The position numbers and the translations under genes were made by a program. DNA of 32,000 bases, from positions 30,001 through 62,000 of the forward strand of contig NZ_NVQC01000020.1 in NCBI RefSeq assembly GCF_003044035.1, written 5' to 3'. Source of the stretch: Candidatus Methylomirabilis limnetica (GTDB lineage: Bacteria > Methylomirabilota > Methylomirabilia > Methylomirabilales > Methylomirabilaceae). This document shows, in pieces, positions 14,443 to 24,221 of this stretch (positions are counted from its first letter, which is position 1; each line of letters starts with the position of its first letter). The notes beneath the pieces were generated by a model. The model was not told where the DNA came from and ran no database searches. It was given only the letters and a program-made list of their open reading frames with translations.

Positions 14443-16875
14443 ATGTTCGAGCGATTTACAGAGCGAGCCCGCAAGGTGATTATCCTGGCCCGGGAGGAGG
14501 CGATCCGCCTCGGACACAACTTCGTCGGTACTGAGCACCTGTTGCTTGGACTGATCCGCGAGGGCGACGGACTCGCGGTCGCGATCCTCAAGAAGCTGAA
14601 CGTGAATATCTCCGCGGTGAAGGGAGAGATCGAGAAGATCGTCTCAGCCGGCTCAGAATTCAGCCCCGCCGGCGAGATCCCCTTTACCCCGCAGGCGAAG
14701 AAGGTCCTGGAATATGCTATCTCTGAAGCGAGATCGCTTGGACACAACTATATCGGGACAGAGCATCTGCTGCTCGGACTGATCCGCGAGGGCGAAGGGA
14801 TCGCCTCCCTGGTCCTGAGGGACTTCGGCGTCAGCGTAGCCTCTGCGAAGGCGCAGGCCCAGGAGCTACTGGGCGAGCAAGCCTCGAAGCCCACGTCGTC
14901 GACCAGGACACCTGCGCTGGATGAGTTCGGTGTAGACCTGACCGCGATGGCGCGCCAAGACCGGCTGGATCCCGTCATCGGCCGTGAGACGGAGATCGAG
15001 CGGGTCATCCAGATTCTCTCGCGCCGGACAAAGAACAATCCGGTCCTGATCGGGGAGGCCGGCGTGGGAAAGACCGCCATCGTGGAAGGGCTTGCGCAAC
15101 GTATTGTGGCCAGTAACGTGCCGGAGACCCTGCTTCGGAAGCGGGTCGTCCAACTCGACCTCGCCGGCATGGTGGCCGGGACGAAGTATCGCGGTCAATT
15201 CGAGGAGCGGCTGAAGGCCGTCGTCAGGGAGATTCAGACGACGCAGAGCATCATCCTGTTCATCGATGAGTTGCACACGTTGGTGGGCGCCGGCGCCGCA
15301 GAGGGCGCGATCGACGCAGCCAGTATGTTGAAGCCGGCGCTTGCGCGCGGGGAGCTGCAGTGCATCGGTGCGACCACCCTCGACGAGTTTCGCCGCCACA
15401 TTGAGAAGGATCGAGCATTGGAGCGACGGTTTCAGGCAGTCCAGGTCGGGCCGCCGAGCGTGGAGGAAACGATTCTGATCCTCCGGGAGATTAAGGATCG
15501 CTATGAGGCGCATCACTGCGCGGTCATCACTGACGAGGCCGTGACGGCTGCTGCGCGTCTGTCCCAGCGCTACATTGCCGACCGCTTTTTGCCTGATAAG
15601 GCTATTGATGTCATTGACGAGGCCGGCTCACGAGCGCGGCTGAAAACCCTGATGCTGCCACAGGATCTCCGCGAGATGGAGAACGAAGTCGAACGCCTCC
15701 GAGCCCAGAAGGAAGACGCTATCCGGACCCAGGCCTTTGAGGTTGCGGCCAGGCTCCGAGATTCGGAGCGCAAGCTCCGGACCGAGCTAGAAGAGAAAAA
15801 GGCTCACTGGAAGGAGTCCAGGGCGAAGAAAGAGACTGTTGTGACGGCCGAGGAGGTTGCCTATATCGTCTCCAAGTGGACAGGCATTCCGCTGTACCAG
15901 ATCGAGGAAGAGGAATCCTCCAAGCTGATCCGAATGGAGCAGGATCTTGAGAAGCGGGTGGTGGGGCAGACCGAGGCCATCGAGAGCGTGAGTCGCGCGA
16001 TTCGCCGTTCGCGGGCCGGGATTAAGAACCCGGGCCGTCCCGTCGGGTCGTTCATCTTCCTTGGACCAACCGGCGTGGGGAAGACCGAGCTAGCCAAAGC
16101 GCTGGCGGAATTCCTATTCGGAACGGAGGACGCGCTGATCCGCGTCGATATGTCGGAGTACATGGAGCGCTTCTCCACCTCTCGTCTTATCGGCGCCCCT
16201 CCGGGGTATATCGGGTACGACGATTCGGGCCAGCTCACTGAGAAGGTTCGGCGTCGGCCATTCTCTGTCGTCCTCCTTGATGAGATAGAAAAAGCTCATC
16301 CGGATGTATTTAATCTGCTCCTCCAGATCTTTGAGGATGGTCGCCTTACCGACAGCTATGGTCGCATTGTTGACTTCAAGAATACCATATTGATCATGAC
16401 GAGCAACATCGGCGCCCGTCAGATCGGTCTCCATGCTTCAATGGGCTTTGCCAAGGGCGGTGACGAGACGGTCACATACGACAAGATGAAGGATACCGTC
16501 ATGGGCGAGCTGAAACGGGCCTTCAATCCGGAACTGCTTAATCGGATCGACGAGATGATTGTCTTCCACCAGTTGAGCAAAAGCGAACTCTGTAAGATTA
16601 TAGATCTGATGCTCGCTCGTCTCCAGCTTCAGCTTGCGGAGCGCAAGATCTCGCTTGTGGTCGACGAGAGCGCGAAAAACTTTCTAATCAACCGAGGTTT
16701 TGACCCAACCCTTGGCGCCAGGCCCCTCCGCCGTGCCATTCAGCGCTATGTGGAGGATCCATTAGCCGAAGAGGTCTTGAAGGGGCGATTTATAGAAGGA
16801 GGCACCCTCAGGGTTAAACTCGAGGGTGACGCCTTGACATTCGAAGAGGTCAGCCTCCTCGAAGCCTCTAAATAG
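14443..16875 (+). CDS. clpC: ATP-dependent Clp protease ATP-binding subunit ClpC (class I AAA+)
   Basis: Track ORF of 810 aa. It has two Clp_N repeats ([18 protein letters not shown] and [18 protein letters not shown]), two Walker A motifs ([13 protein letters not shown] and [14 protein letters not shown]) and a UVR-like linker. Confidence 0.9.
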   Translation: MFERFTERARKVIILAREEAIRLGHNFVGTEHLLLGLIREGDGLAVAILKKLNVNISAVKGEIEKIVSAGSEFSPAGEIPFTPQAKKVLEYAISEARSLGHNYIGTEHLLLGLIREGEGIASLVLRDFGVSVASAKAQAQELLGEQASKPTSSTRTPALDEFGVDLTAMARQDRLDPVIGRETEIERVIQILSRRTKNNPVLIGEAGVGKTAIVEGLAQRIVASNVPETLLRKRVVQLDLAGMVAGTKYRGQFEERLKAVVREIQTTQSIILFIDELHTLVGAGAAEGAIDAASMLKPALARGELQCIGATTLDEFRRHIEKDRALERRFQAVQVGPPSVEETILILREIKDRYEAHHCAVITDEAVTAAARLSQRYIADRFLPDKAIDVIDEAGSRARLKTLMLPQDLREMENEVERLRAQKEDAIRTQAFEVAARLRDSERKLRTELEEKKAHWKESRAKKETVVTAEEVAYIVSKWTGIPLYQIEEEESSKLIRMEQDLEKRVVGQTEAIESVSRAIRRSRAGIKNPGRPVGSFIFLGPTGVGKTELAKALAEFLFGTEDALIRVDMSEYMERFSTSRLIGAPPGYIGYDDSGQLTEKVRRRPFSVVLLDEIEKAHPDVFNLLLQIFEDGRLTDSYGRIVDFKNTILIMTSNIGARQIGLHASMGFAKGGDETVTYDKMKDTVMGELKRAFNPELLNRIDEMIVFHQLSKSELCKIIDLMLARLQLQLAERKISLVVDESAKNFLINRGFDPTLGARPLRRAIQRYVEDPLAEEVLKGRFIEGGTLRVKLEGDALTFEEVSLLEASK

Positions 16876-16933
16876 CCTCACCTCTTTCCACCCCACATCT
16901 CTTCACTTGCGGTCCGTCCTGGTGAGTTTCTCC

Positions 16934-16962
16934 TTGTGCTTGTGCGGCAAAGGTAGTATAAA
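16934..16962 (+). promoter_or_regulatory. Candidate promoter upstream of bamA
   Basis: TTGTGC (16934-16939), a 17-nt spacer, then TATAAA (16957-16962). The hexamers are weak. Confidence 0.3.
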
Positions 16963-17020
16963 TACTGGATTTCATTTGAGTGTAGGTATCTCGTCCAGAA
17001 TCGAGGAGCGATAGCGATCG

Positions 17021-19297
17021 GTGTACGCCTTCGCGAATAGCGTAAAAGTTCTTGTCGCCAGTTCTCTCGTCTTCTTTTTGGCGTTGACGCTTGGTGAAGC
17101 TTATGGCCAGGAACAGGCACAGGTCAAACAGCTCGATATCAAGGGAAGCCGAAAGATCGACGAGGCCACGATCCGGTTCAAGCTCAAGACCAGGGTTGGA
17201 GAGGCGTTCTCTCTGGAAAAGATCAGGGAGGATGTTAAGACGGTCTATCGGTTGGGCTTTTACGACGATGTCGCTGTGGATGCCGAAGTCTTTGAAGGGG
17301 GCCTGAAGATCACCTTCATTCTCACTGAAAAGCCAACCATCCGGGAAGTGAAGATCCGAGGCAACAAGCAGATTGCCACTGACAAGATCAAGGAGAAACT
17401 CACGCTGACTGAGGGGGGGGTATTCAGCCCGCAGGCCGTGACGGCGAATGCGGACAAGGTCCGGTTGTTTTATGAAGAGGATGGGTATTACCAGGCCAAG
17501 GTTCTCCCGCAAGTAGACAAGACTGCGGAGGGTGATGTCGCGGTCACCTTCCAGATCGATGAAGGGGGAAAGTTTGAGATTTCTACCATTCGAATCCATG
17601 GAGCCAAAGGGTTAAGCGAGCAGGAGATCAAGGCGCGCATGGCCACCAGGGAGCTGTTCCTGTTCTTCTTTTTTGGGACGCTGAAACGGGATGAGTTGCA
17701 ACGCGATCTCGATCGGATCAAGGCCTTCTATCTGGATAATGGCTATCTTGACATTAAAGTGGGGGAGCCGGAGATCCGGGTGGTCGAGGCAAGGCAGTCA
17801 CTCGAGATCAGTATGCGTGTGGAAGAGGGCCCGCGGTACCGGGTCGGAGAGGTACGGGTGACTGGTAGCACCGTCTTTTCCACCGAGGAGGTATTGAAGC
17901 CGCTTCAGATCGCCAAGCAGGGCGTTTTTAGCCGGGAGGTGCTCCAGCGGGACATGTTGACCCTCACCGACCGGTATTCGGAGCGTGGCTATCTCTTCGC
18001 GGATATCGCCCCGACCATTAATACCGATCGAGAGAACCATATTGTGGATGTGGGCCTGGAAATCGGTGAAGGGAAACAGGCCTTCCTGGAGCGAATCGAG
18101 ATCTCAGGCAACACAAAGACCCGAGACAAAGTAATCCGACGGCAGATCCCTCTGATCGAGGGCGACTTGTACAATAGCCGCCTGCTGGCGCGCGGTCGCC
18201 AGAATCTGAACAACCTTGGCTACTTCGAGGATGTCAAGGTCGAGACCCGTCGTGGCACGTCTGAGGATCGAGTGGACGTCGATGTCGTGGTGAAGGAGAA
18301 GCCGACCGGCTCCTTCAGTCTCGGAGGCGGCTTCAGTTCGATTGACGGGATGATGGGTACGGGCTCCATCACCCAGGATAACTTTCTCGGATTGGGACAA
18401 CGGGTCTCTCTCTCAGCACAGCTTGGCTCCAGGGCCAGTCGGTTTGCCCTGAATTTCTTTGATCCCCACATTCTAGACACTGAGACCTCGTTTGACGTCT
18501 CGGTGTTCAACCAGCGCCTGCTCTTCAACGAGCAGGTCGGCTATAATCAGGATATCAAGGGCGGCTCGATGGCCTTTGGCCGGCGGCTCTACAAGCAGTT
18601 GTTCGGTACCCTTGGGTACCGGTACGAGGTGAACCGGATCTTTGATGTTAACGATGACGCCCCGGAAGAGATCAAGGACCAGGAAGGGACGAATACGACC
18701 GGACGGGTCTCTGTTGGTCTCTCGTTGGATCTCAGGGACAACCCACGTGATCCGACCAGAGGCTTCAACGGGGCTGCAACGTATCAACTTGCCGCGTCCT
18801 TTCTGGGTGGGGAAAACAAGTTCAATCGCTTAAACCTCGACATGGGCTACTACCACCCACTGATCTGGAAAATAGTCGGTCATGTACGCGGAAACCTGAT
18901 TGTCGCGGAGCCATACGGCGGGAAGAACCTGCCGGTCCAGGAACTGATCTACCTTGGTGGCACCAACACCGTTCGGGGGTTCAAGACCTTCCACCTGAGC
19001 CCTATCGATCCTGCAACAGGAGAACGGATCGGCGGTAACAAGGCCATCTACTTCAACAACGAGGTGATGTTCCCCATCTATGAGCCATTGGGTTTGAGGG
19101 GCTTGCTCTTTTTCGATGCGGGTAATGTCTGGACCGAGGGGGAAAGTATCTCGTTAGATCTGCGACCGACTGCCGGGGGCGGAGTTCGCGTCGCCACCCC
19201 CTTTGGTCTGGTGCGGGTCGAGTTGGGCATCAACCTGGACAAGCAGAAAGGGGAGTCGAGTAGTGCCGTGCACTTGACGGTCGGATCGATGTTTTAG
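17021..19297 (+). CDS. bamA: Outer membrane protein assembly factor BamA
   Basis: Track ORF of 758 aa with GTG start and a signal peptide ending ...GEAYG. It has repeated POTRA units (I.I.GN...) and a C-terminal beta-barrel ending ...HLTVGSMF, with the terminal aromatic residue typical of the OMP beta-signal. Confidence 0.9.
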   Translation: MYAFANSVKVLVASSLVFFLALTLGEAYGQEQAQVKQLDIKGSRKIDEATIRFKLKTRVGEAFSLEKIREDVKTVYRLGFYDDVAVDAEVFEGGLKITFILTEKPTIREVKIRGNKQIATDKIKEKLTLTEGGVFSPQAVTANADKVRLFYEEDGYYQAKVLPQVDKTAEGDVAVTFQIDEGGKFEISTIRIHGAKGLSEQEIKARMATRELFLFFFFGTLKRDELQRDLDRIKAFYLDNGYLDIKVGEPEIRVVEARQSLEISMRVEEGPRYRVGEVRVTGSTVFSTEEVLKPLQIAKQGVFSREVLQRDMLTLTDRYSERGYLFADIAPTINTDRENHIVDVGLEIGEGKQAFLERIEISGNTKTRDKVIRRQIPLIEGDLYNSRLLARGRQNLNNLGYFEDVKVETRRGTSEDRVDVDVVVKEKPTGSFSLGGGFSSIDGMMGTGSITQDNFLGLGQRVSLSAQLGSRASRFALNFFDPHILDTETSFDVSVFNQRLLFNEQVGYNQDIKGGSMAFGRRLYKQLFGTLGYRYEVNRIFDVNDDAPEEIKDQEGTNTTGRVSVGLSLDLRDNPRDPTRGFNGAATYQLAASFLGGENKFNRLNLDMGYYHPLIWKIVGHVRGNLIVAEPYGGKNLPVQELIYLGGTNTVRGFKTFHLSPIDPATGERIGGNKAIYFNNEVMFPIYEPLGLRGLLFFDAGNVWTEGESISLDLRPTAGGGVRVATPFGLVRVELGINLDKQKGESSSAVHLTVGSMF

Positions 19298-19309
19298 CAC
19301 CAGGAGGAA

Positions 19310-19867
19310 ATGAGACGTATGGCGCGATCGAATCGTGGTGAGCGATGGTGGCAGTTCTGGGGGGCTGCGGCGGTGGTCTTGATGGCATCCGTGAGCTGGG
19401 CTGCGGATCCCCCGATGAAGCTCGGGTTTGTAGATTTTCAGATGGTCATCTCGCAGTCGAAAGAGGGGCAGGCGGCGATGACTACGGTTAAGGCGGAGGC
19501 AACCGAGAAACAGAAAGATATCAGCGCTAAAGAGGCTGAGATCAAGCAGATGGACGCGGATCTCCAGAAGCAGGCATCCGCCCTGAGTGATGCTGCAAAG
19601 AAGGACAGAGAGGAAGAGATTCGACGCAAGCTTCGTGATCTCAAGCGAGTGACAGAGGATTTCAATCGCGACCTGGCCAAGCGGGAAAGCGAGATGGTGA
19701 ACGAGTTGCTCAAGGATCTCACAGTTGTGACCCGGGACTATGGCAAAGAGAAAGGGTTCACCCTCATCGTTGAGAAGGGGCAGAGCGGTGTGATCTATAG
19801 TAACGATACGGCCGATCTCACTAAAGAGATCCTGGAACGCTACAACACCCGCCGAAGTAAAAAGTAG
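19310..19867 (+). CDS. skp: Periplasmic chaperone Skp/OmpH family
   Basis: Track ORF of 185 aa with a signal peptide (…LMASVSWA) and Lys/Glu-rich coiled-coil sequence. It occupies the canonical position between bamA and lpxD. Confidence 0.8.
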   Translation: MRRMARSNRGERWWQFWGAAAVVLMASVSWAADPPMKLGFVDFQMVISQSKEGQAAMTTVKAEATEKQKDISAKEAEIKQMDADLQKQASALSDAAKKDREEEIRRKLRDLKRVTEDFNRDLAKRESEMVNELLKDLTVVTRDYGKEKGFTLIVEKGQSGVIYSNDTADLTKEILERYNTRRSKK

Positions 19868-19869
19868 TT

Positions 19870-20955
19870 GTGGCGATGCAACTGAGGGAGCTGGCTGAAA
19901 AGCTGAGGTGCCGGCTGGTAGGCAACGATGATGTCGATGTCCGGCGTCTCGCTCCACTGCACGAGGCGGGTGAGGGAGACTTGGTCCTTGTGGTGAACGC
20001 ACGCGACCTACCGGCACTGGAGGCGACCAGGGCCTCTGCTGTGATTGTACGTGAGGGGAGTCCGCCCTGCTCTAAGCCGGCGTTGGTGACGAACGATCCG
20101 TATCTGGCTTTTGTCCAAGCCCTCCGTCTTTTCTACACCCCGGACCGTCCAACGCCTGGCGTCCATCCATCCAGCATCGTGGCTGAGGGCGCGCGTCTTG
20201 CAGAGGATGTTGCGATCGGGCCGCTCTCGGTCGTCGAGACAGATGTGACGATTGGCCCGAGAAGCATCGTGGGCGCCCAGGTCTACATCGGCAGGGGCAG
20301 CCACATTGGCGCCGACTGTTGGTTTTACCCGCAGGTCATGGTCCGGGAAGGCGTCGAGATCGGCGATCGTGTGATCATTCATAGCGGGGCTGTGATAGGT
20401 AGCGATGGCTTCGGGTATCTGAAGGACGGACAGGGGGTCCGCATCAAGATCCCGCAGGTGGGGCGGGTGATTCTCGAGGATGACGTTGAGATCGGTGCCA
20501 ACGTTACAATCGACCGAGCGACAATGGGGGCGACGCGGATCAAGCGTGGGACCAAGATCGACAATCTGGTCCAGATCGCACACAATGTTGTCGTAGGAGC
20601 GGATACGGTAATTGTGGCCCTGAGCGGCATCTCCGGCAGTACGAAGATCGGAGATCGGGTGACGCTGGCCGGCCAGGTCGGGGTCGTCGATCATGTTGAG
20701 ATCGGCGACGATGTGACCGTGGGAGCGCAGGCTGGAGTTAGTAAGAACCTTCCGCCTGGGGGTGTCTTCCTGGGTTCTCCCGCCGTACCGCATCTCGCAT
20801 TCAAGCGCAGCGTCGCCGCGGTGAATCGGCTCCCCCAAATCCTGAGTACCCTTAAGCGTATTGAGGCTCGCTTGGCATCGTTAGAGGGCGCCGCTTCGGA
20901 ACGGAGGGAGGGGGCGCAGCCTTCTCAGTCGGCGTCTGATGGGGGACCCCAGTGA
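19870..20955 (+). CDS. lpxD: UDP-3-O-acylglucosamine N-acyltransferase
   Basis: Track ORF of 361 aa with an LpxD N-domain followed by left-handed beta-helix hexapeptide repeats. The start is either GTG 19870 or ATG 19876. Confidence 0.9.
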   Translation: MAMQLRELAEKLRCRLVGNDDVDVRRLAPLHEAGEGDLVLVVNARDLPALEATRASAVIVREGSPPCSKPALVTNDPYLAFVQALRLFYTPDRPTPGVHPSSIVAEGARLAEDVAIGPLSVVETDVTIGPRSIVGAQVYIGRGSHIGADCWFYPQVMVREGVEIGDRVIIHSGAVIGSDGFGYLKDGQGVRIKIPQVGRVILEDDVEIGANVTIDRATMGATRIKRGTKIDNLVQIAHNVVVGADTVIVALSGISGSTKIGDRVTLAGQVGVVDHVEIGDDVTVGAQAGVSKNLPPGGVFLGSPAVPHLAFKRSVAAVNRLPQILSTLKRIEARLASLEGAASERREGAQPSQSASDGGPQ

Positions 20956-21434
20956 TCGATAGTCGACAAATTCAGGATATGCTTCCCCACCGGTATCCCT
21001 TTCTCCTGGTCGATAGGATTCTTGAGATCGAGCCGGGAAAGAGGGTGGTAGGGCTCAAGAATGTGACCATTAACGAGGCATTCTTTCAGGGTCACTTTCC
21101 AGGGCAGCCGATTATGCCGGGAGTACTGGTGATCGAGGCGATGGCGCAGGTCGGAGGGATCCTGTTGATGCGGACGCTGAACGTGAGCGCCGAAAAGAAG
21201 CTCCTGTATCTTGCCGGCATCGACCGGGCCAGATTTCGCAGGCCTGTGCTGCCCGGGGATCAGGTGAGATTAGAGGTCGAGTTAATCCAACTCAGGAGCC
21301 GCACCTGTCGAATGCGAGCTAGCGCCATGGTGGATGGCAAGCTGGCTGTGGAGGCTGAGTTGTCGTGCATTGTCGTTGACCGGGGATCCCCTAACCTTCC
21401 TCCAGGCGTTCCAGTGGCGATGGGGGAACAATGA
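20952..21434 (+). CDS. fabZ: 3-hydroxyacyl-ACP dehydratase
   Basis: Contains [13 protein letters not shown] and [23 protein letters not shown] overlap with lpxD. Confidence 0.9.
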   Translation: MIDSRQIQDMLPHRYPFLLVDRILEIEPGKRVVGLKNVTINEAFFQGHFPGQPIMPGVLVIEAMAQVGGILLMRTLNVSAEKKLLYLAGIDRARFRRPVLPGDQVRLEVELIQLRSRTCRMRASAMVDGKLAVEAELSCIVVDRGSPNLPPGVPVAMGEQ

Positions 21435-22207
21435 TACAAATTCATCCGTCAGCGGTTGTTGCACCGGAGGCCAAGCTTGGACCGGACTGTAGCGTCGGCG
21501 CCTTTTCGGTCATCGGTCCTGATGTCACCGTGGGGTCCGGGACCGTCATCGGTTCGCATACCCTCATTGATGGGATTACAGAGATCGGAGAACGGTGCCA
21601 GATTTTCTCTCACGTAGTCCTTGGCGCCGTGCCCCAAATCTTTCAGGATCGAAGTGAGATGACCCGGCTGATAATAGGTGACGAGACAGTCATCCGGGAG
21701 TTCGCATCGGTCCATCGCGGATCCTCGAAAGGCAGGGGCGCTACGATACTAGGGCGCAGGAACTACATCATGGCCTATGCGCATATTGCACACGATTGCC
21801 TCTTACGTGATGACGTGGTAGTCGCCAGTCAAGCTGGACTGGCCGGCCACGTCGAGATCGAAGACCGAGCGGTTATCGGTGGGCAGGCAGGGATCCATCA
21901 GTTCGTCCGTATCGGACAATACGCCATGGTTGGCGCCTGCTCGGCAGTTTCGCAGGACATCCCACCCTTCGTCAAGGCGCAGGGGGACCGGGCCAAGTGC
22001 TTCGGTTTGAATACGGTTGGTCTTCGCCGCCATGGTATTGGTCAGGAGGCGATCCTTCACCTCAAGCAAGCCTATCGGTTACTCTTCCTTTCCAACCTTA
22101 ATACGTCTCAGGCTCTGGAGAGGATTGCATCGGAGGTGAGCTCCTGTCCAGAGATCGATCACCTGATTCACTTCATCAAGCTCTCGACGAGAGGGATCGC
22201 GCGCTAA
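21431..22207 (+). CDS. lpxA: Acyl-ACP--UDP-N-acetylglucosamine O-acyltransferase
   Basis: Track ORF of 258 aa: [10 protein letters not shown], hexapeptide repeats and the LpxA C-terminal helical domain. ATGA overlap with fabZ. Confidence 0.9.
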   Translation: MIQIHPSAVVAPEAKLGPDCSVGAFSVIGPDVTVGSGTVIGSHTLIDGITEIGERCQIFSHVVLGAVPQIFQDRSEMTRLIIGDETVIREFASVHRGSSKGRGATILGRRNYIMAYAHIAHDCLLRDDVVVASQAGLAGHVEIEDRAVIGGQAGIHQFVRIGQYAMVGACSAVSQDIPPFVKAQGDRAKCFGLNTVGLRRHGIGQEAILHLKQAYRLLFLSNLNTSQALERIASEVSSCPEIDHLIHFIKLSTRGIAR

Positions 22208-22213
22208 CGCGAT

Positions 22214-22334
22214 GTGTCGAGTTTCGAGTTCCGAGTTTCGTGTTGAAGAAGATCTTACGTGCAAGGGAACCTTCGACTCAGCACCTGGAACTGGAGAGCC
22301 AAACCCGAAACCCGAAACTCGCAACTCGAAACGG
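22214..22334 (+). repeat. Heptamer-armed palindromic element, copy E3 (longest, MITE-like), filling the lpxA-lpxI spacer
   Basis: Left arm CGAGTTTCGAGTTCCGAGTTTCGTGTTG; 54-nt centre; right arm CAAACCCGAAACCCGAAACTCGCAACTCGAAACGG. By hand alignment the arms match at 23/28 positions as an inverted repeat. Confidence 0.8.
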
Positions 22335-22342
22335 TAAAGTCG

Positions 22343-23143
22343 ATGGAATGCCTCGGGATCATAGCCGGCGGAGGGCCGCTTCCGGTCGTAGCGGCGCGGG
22401 AAGCGCGCATGCAGGGGTTCAAGGTCGTGGCGGTGGCCATCGAAGAGGCTGCCTCTGCCGATCTGGCCAATGAAGTAGATACGATCTGTTGGGTGGGAGC
22501 CGGACAGCTTGGCCGGTTGATCGCGGTGCTAAAGCAAGAGAAGGTGACGAATGCTGTGATGCTTGGGAAAGTCCCGCTCGACCGCCTCTTCTCGCGCGTA
22601 AAGACCGATCTGGATGGCTTGCTGCTCTATCTGAAGCTCAAAGACCGACGCGGCGATACGATCCTCGCGGGTGTAGGCGATGCGTTGAAACAGAAAGGGA
22701 TCACTCTGCATGATTGTCGGCGGTTCCTTTCTTCGATCGTATTGCGGAAGGGGATGCTGACGGCGCGGGCGCCAAGTTCCTTAGAGCAGCAAGATATCGA
22801 CTTTGGAAGAGAGCTTGCCAGAGCCATCGCGCAGTTGCGAATCGGCCAAACTGTCGTGGTCAAACGCCGAACTGTCCTGGCAGTGGAGGCGATCGAGGGA
22901 ACTGATGCCGCCATTCGCCGCGGCGGCAAACTTGGGAATGGGGGAGTGGTGGTCGTCAAGGTTGGGCGTCCCGACCAGGATATGCGCTTCGATCTTCCGG
23001 TCATCGGACCGGAGACCGTGGTAGCGCTCGAAGAGGCGGGCGCGACTGCGCTTGCCCTGGATGCCGATCAGACCTTGATTCTAGATCGGGAAAAGGTAGT
23101 GGCGACTGCCGACCGACTTGGGCTAGCGATGGTGGCAGATTAG
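22343..23143 (+). CDS. lpxI: UDP-2,3-diacylglucosamine pyrophosphatase LpxI (DUF1009)
   Basis: The ATG at 22343 gives MECLGIIAGGGPLPVVAAREA..., a typical LpxI N-terminus. It sits between lpxA and lpxB. The track start at 22259 merely translates the repeat element. Confidence 0.75.
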   Translation: MECLGIIAGGGPLPVVAAREARMQGFKVVAVAIEEAASADLANEVDTICWVGAGQLGRLIAVLKQEKVTNAVMLGKVPLDRLFSRVKTDLDGLLLYLKLKDRRGDTILAGVGDALKQKGITLHDCRRFLSSIVLRKGMLTARAPSSLEQQDIDFGRELARAIAQLRIGQTVVVKRRTVLAVEAIEGTDAAIRRGGKLGNGGVVVVKVGRPDQDMRFDLPVIGPETVVALEEAGATALALDADQTLILDREKVVATADRLGLAMVAD

Positions 23144-23153
23144 CAGCAGGACG

Positions 23154-23219
23154 GCCATCAGCCGTCAGCTATCCGCCAAGACCCAGAGCTGAATGCTGAC
23201 TGCTGATGGCTGATCGCTG
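23154..23219. repeat. Second heptamer-armed palindrome, (nnTCAGC)n ... (GCTGAnn)n
   Basis: GCCATCAGCCGTCAGC (23154-23169) and GCTGACTGCTGATGGC (23195-23210) match 15/16 as an inverted repeat. The right arm is heptamer-periodic: GCTGAAT GCTGACT GCTGATG GCTGATC GCTG. Confidence 0.65.
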
Positions 23220-23271
23220 CCTCTAAGAGCGAGTTCGCTCATGCCGATGCAATGGGAAGGAAGAATCCGGA

Positions 23272-24216
23272 ATGAAGAACGGGCATCCAATTCGAGTCGG
23301 TGTGGTGGGTGTTGGCTACGTGGGGCAGCACCACGCCAGAATCTATTCGGAGATGACGGGCGTTGAGCTGGTCGGGGTGGTCGATATCGACGAGACCCGC
23401 CTGCAGGAGTTGGGGACGCGGTACCGTATCCAACTGTGTCGCGATTACCGCGAGCTCCTGGGAAGGGTGGATGCCGTCAGTGTAGCGGTGCCGACCCTGG
23501 CGCACTACTCGATCACCAAGGAGTTCCTGGAGCGCGGGGTAGACGTCCTGGTGGAGAAACCGATCGCGCAGTCCCTCGCTCAGGCCGACGAACTGGTTGG
23601 GATTGCCAAGGCTGACGATCGAATCTTCCAGGTTGGGCATATCGAGCGATTCAATGGTGCGGTCAAGGCGCTCGAGAGCATTGTGAGGAGCCCTGGTTTC
23701 ATCGAATGCCACCGTCTTGGCCCTTTCGCCCACCGCAACACGGATGTTGATGTTGTTCTCGACCTGATGATCCATGATATTGACATCGTGCTGAACCTGA
23801 TCAAGTCGCCTGTCGTCGCAGTAACGGCCGTCGGTGTCCCGGTCATCTCCGATCAGGTGGATATCGCCAACGCACGGCTCCAGTTTGAGTCGGGGTGTGT
23901 CGCGAACCTGACCGCCAGCCGGGTGAGCGTCGAACGAGTCCGACGGGTGCGGATATTTCAGCGGGACACCTTCATCTCTCTTGACTATTCTCAGCAAGAG
24001 ATTGCTGTCTACCATCGCATCCCGGCGGCGGATTCAGATGCCGAAGCACCTCCCACGATCGTCAAGGAAGAGATTCCTATCGATAAGGCAGAGCCGCTTC
24101 GCGTCGAGCTCGAGAGCTTTATCGAGTGCGTCCGGACTAGAAAGAGACCGCTGGTCTCAGGCGAGGACGGCCGGGACGCCCTGAAGGTGGCCTCTCAGAT
24201 TATGGAGAAACTGTAG
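23272..24216 (+). CDS. Gfo/Idh/MocA-family NAD(P)-dependent oxidoreductase (possible GnnA-like UDP-GlcNAc 3-dehydrogenase)
   Basis: Track ORF of 314 aa with N-terminal Rossmann fold IRVGVVGVGYVGQHH and the EKP motif (VLVEKPIA). It is embedded between lpxI and lpxB. Confidence 0.75.
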   Translation: MKNGHPIRVGVVGVGYVGQHHARIYSEMTGVELVGVVDIDETRLQELGTRYRIQLCRDYRELLGRVDAVSVAVPTLAHYSITKEFLERGVDVLVEKPIAQSLAQADELVGIAKADDRIFQVGHIERFNGAVKALESIVRSPGFIECHRLGPFAHRNTDVDVVLDLMIHDIDIVLNLIKSPVVAVTAVGVPVISDQVDIANARLQFESGCVANLTASRVSVERVRRVRIFQRDTFISLDYSQQEIAVYHRIPAADSDAEAPPTIVKEEIPIDKAEPLRVELESFIECVRTRKRPLVSGEDGRDALKVASQIMEKL

Positions 24217-24221
24217 GCCAG

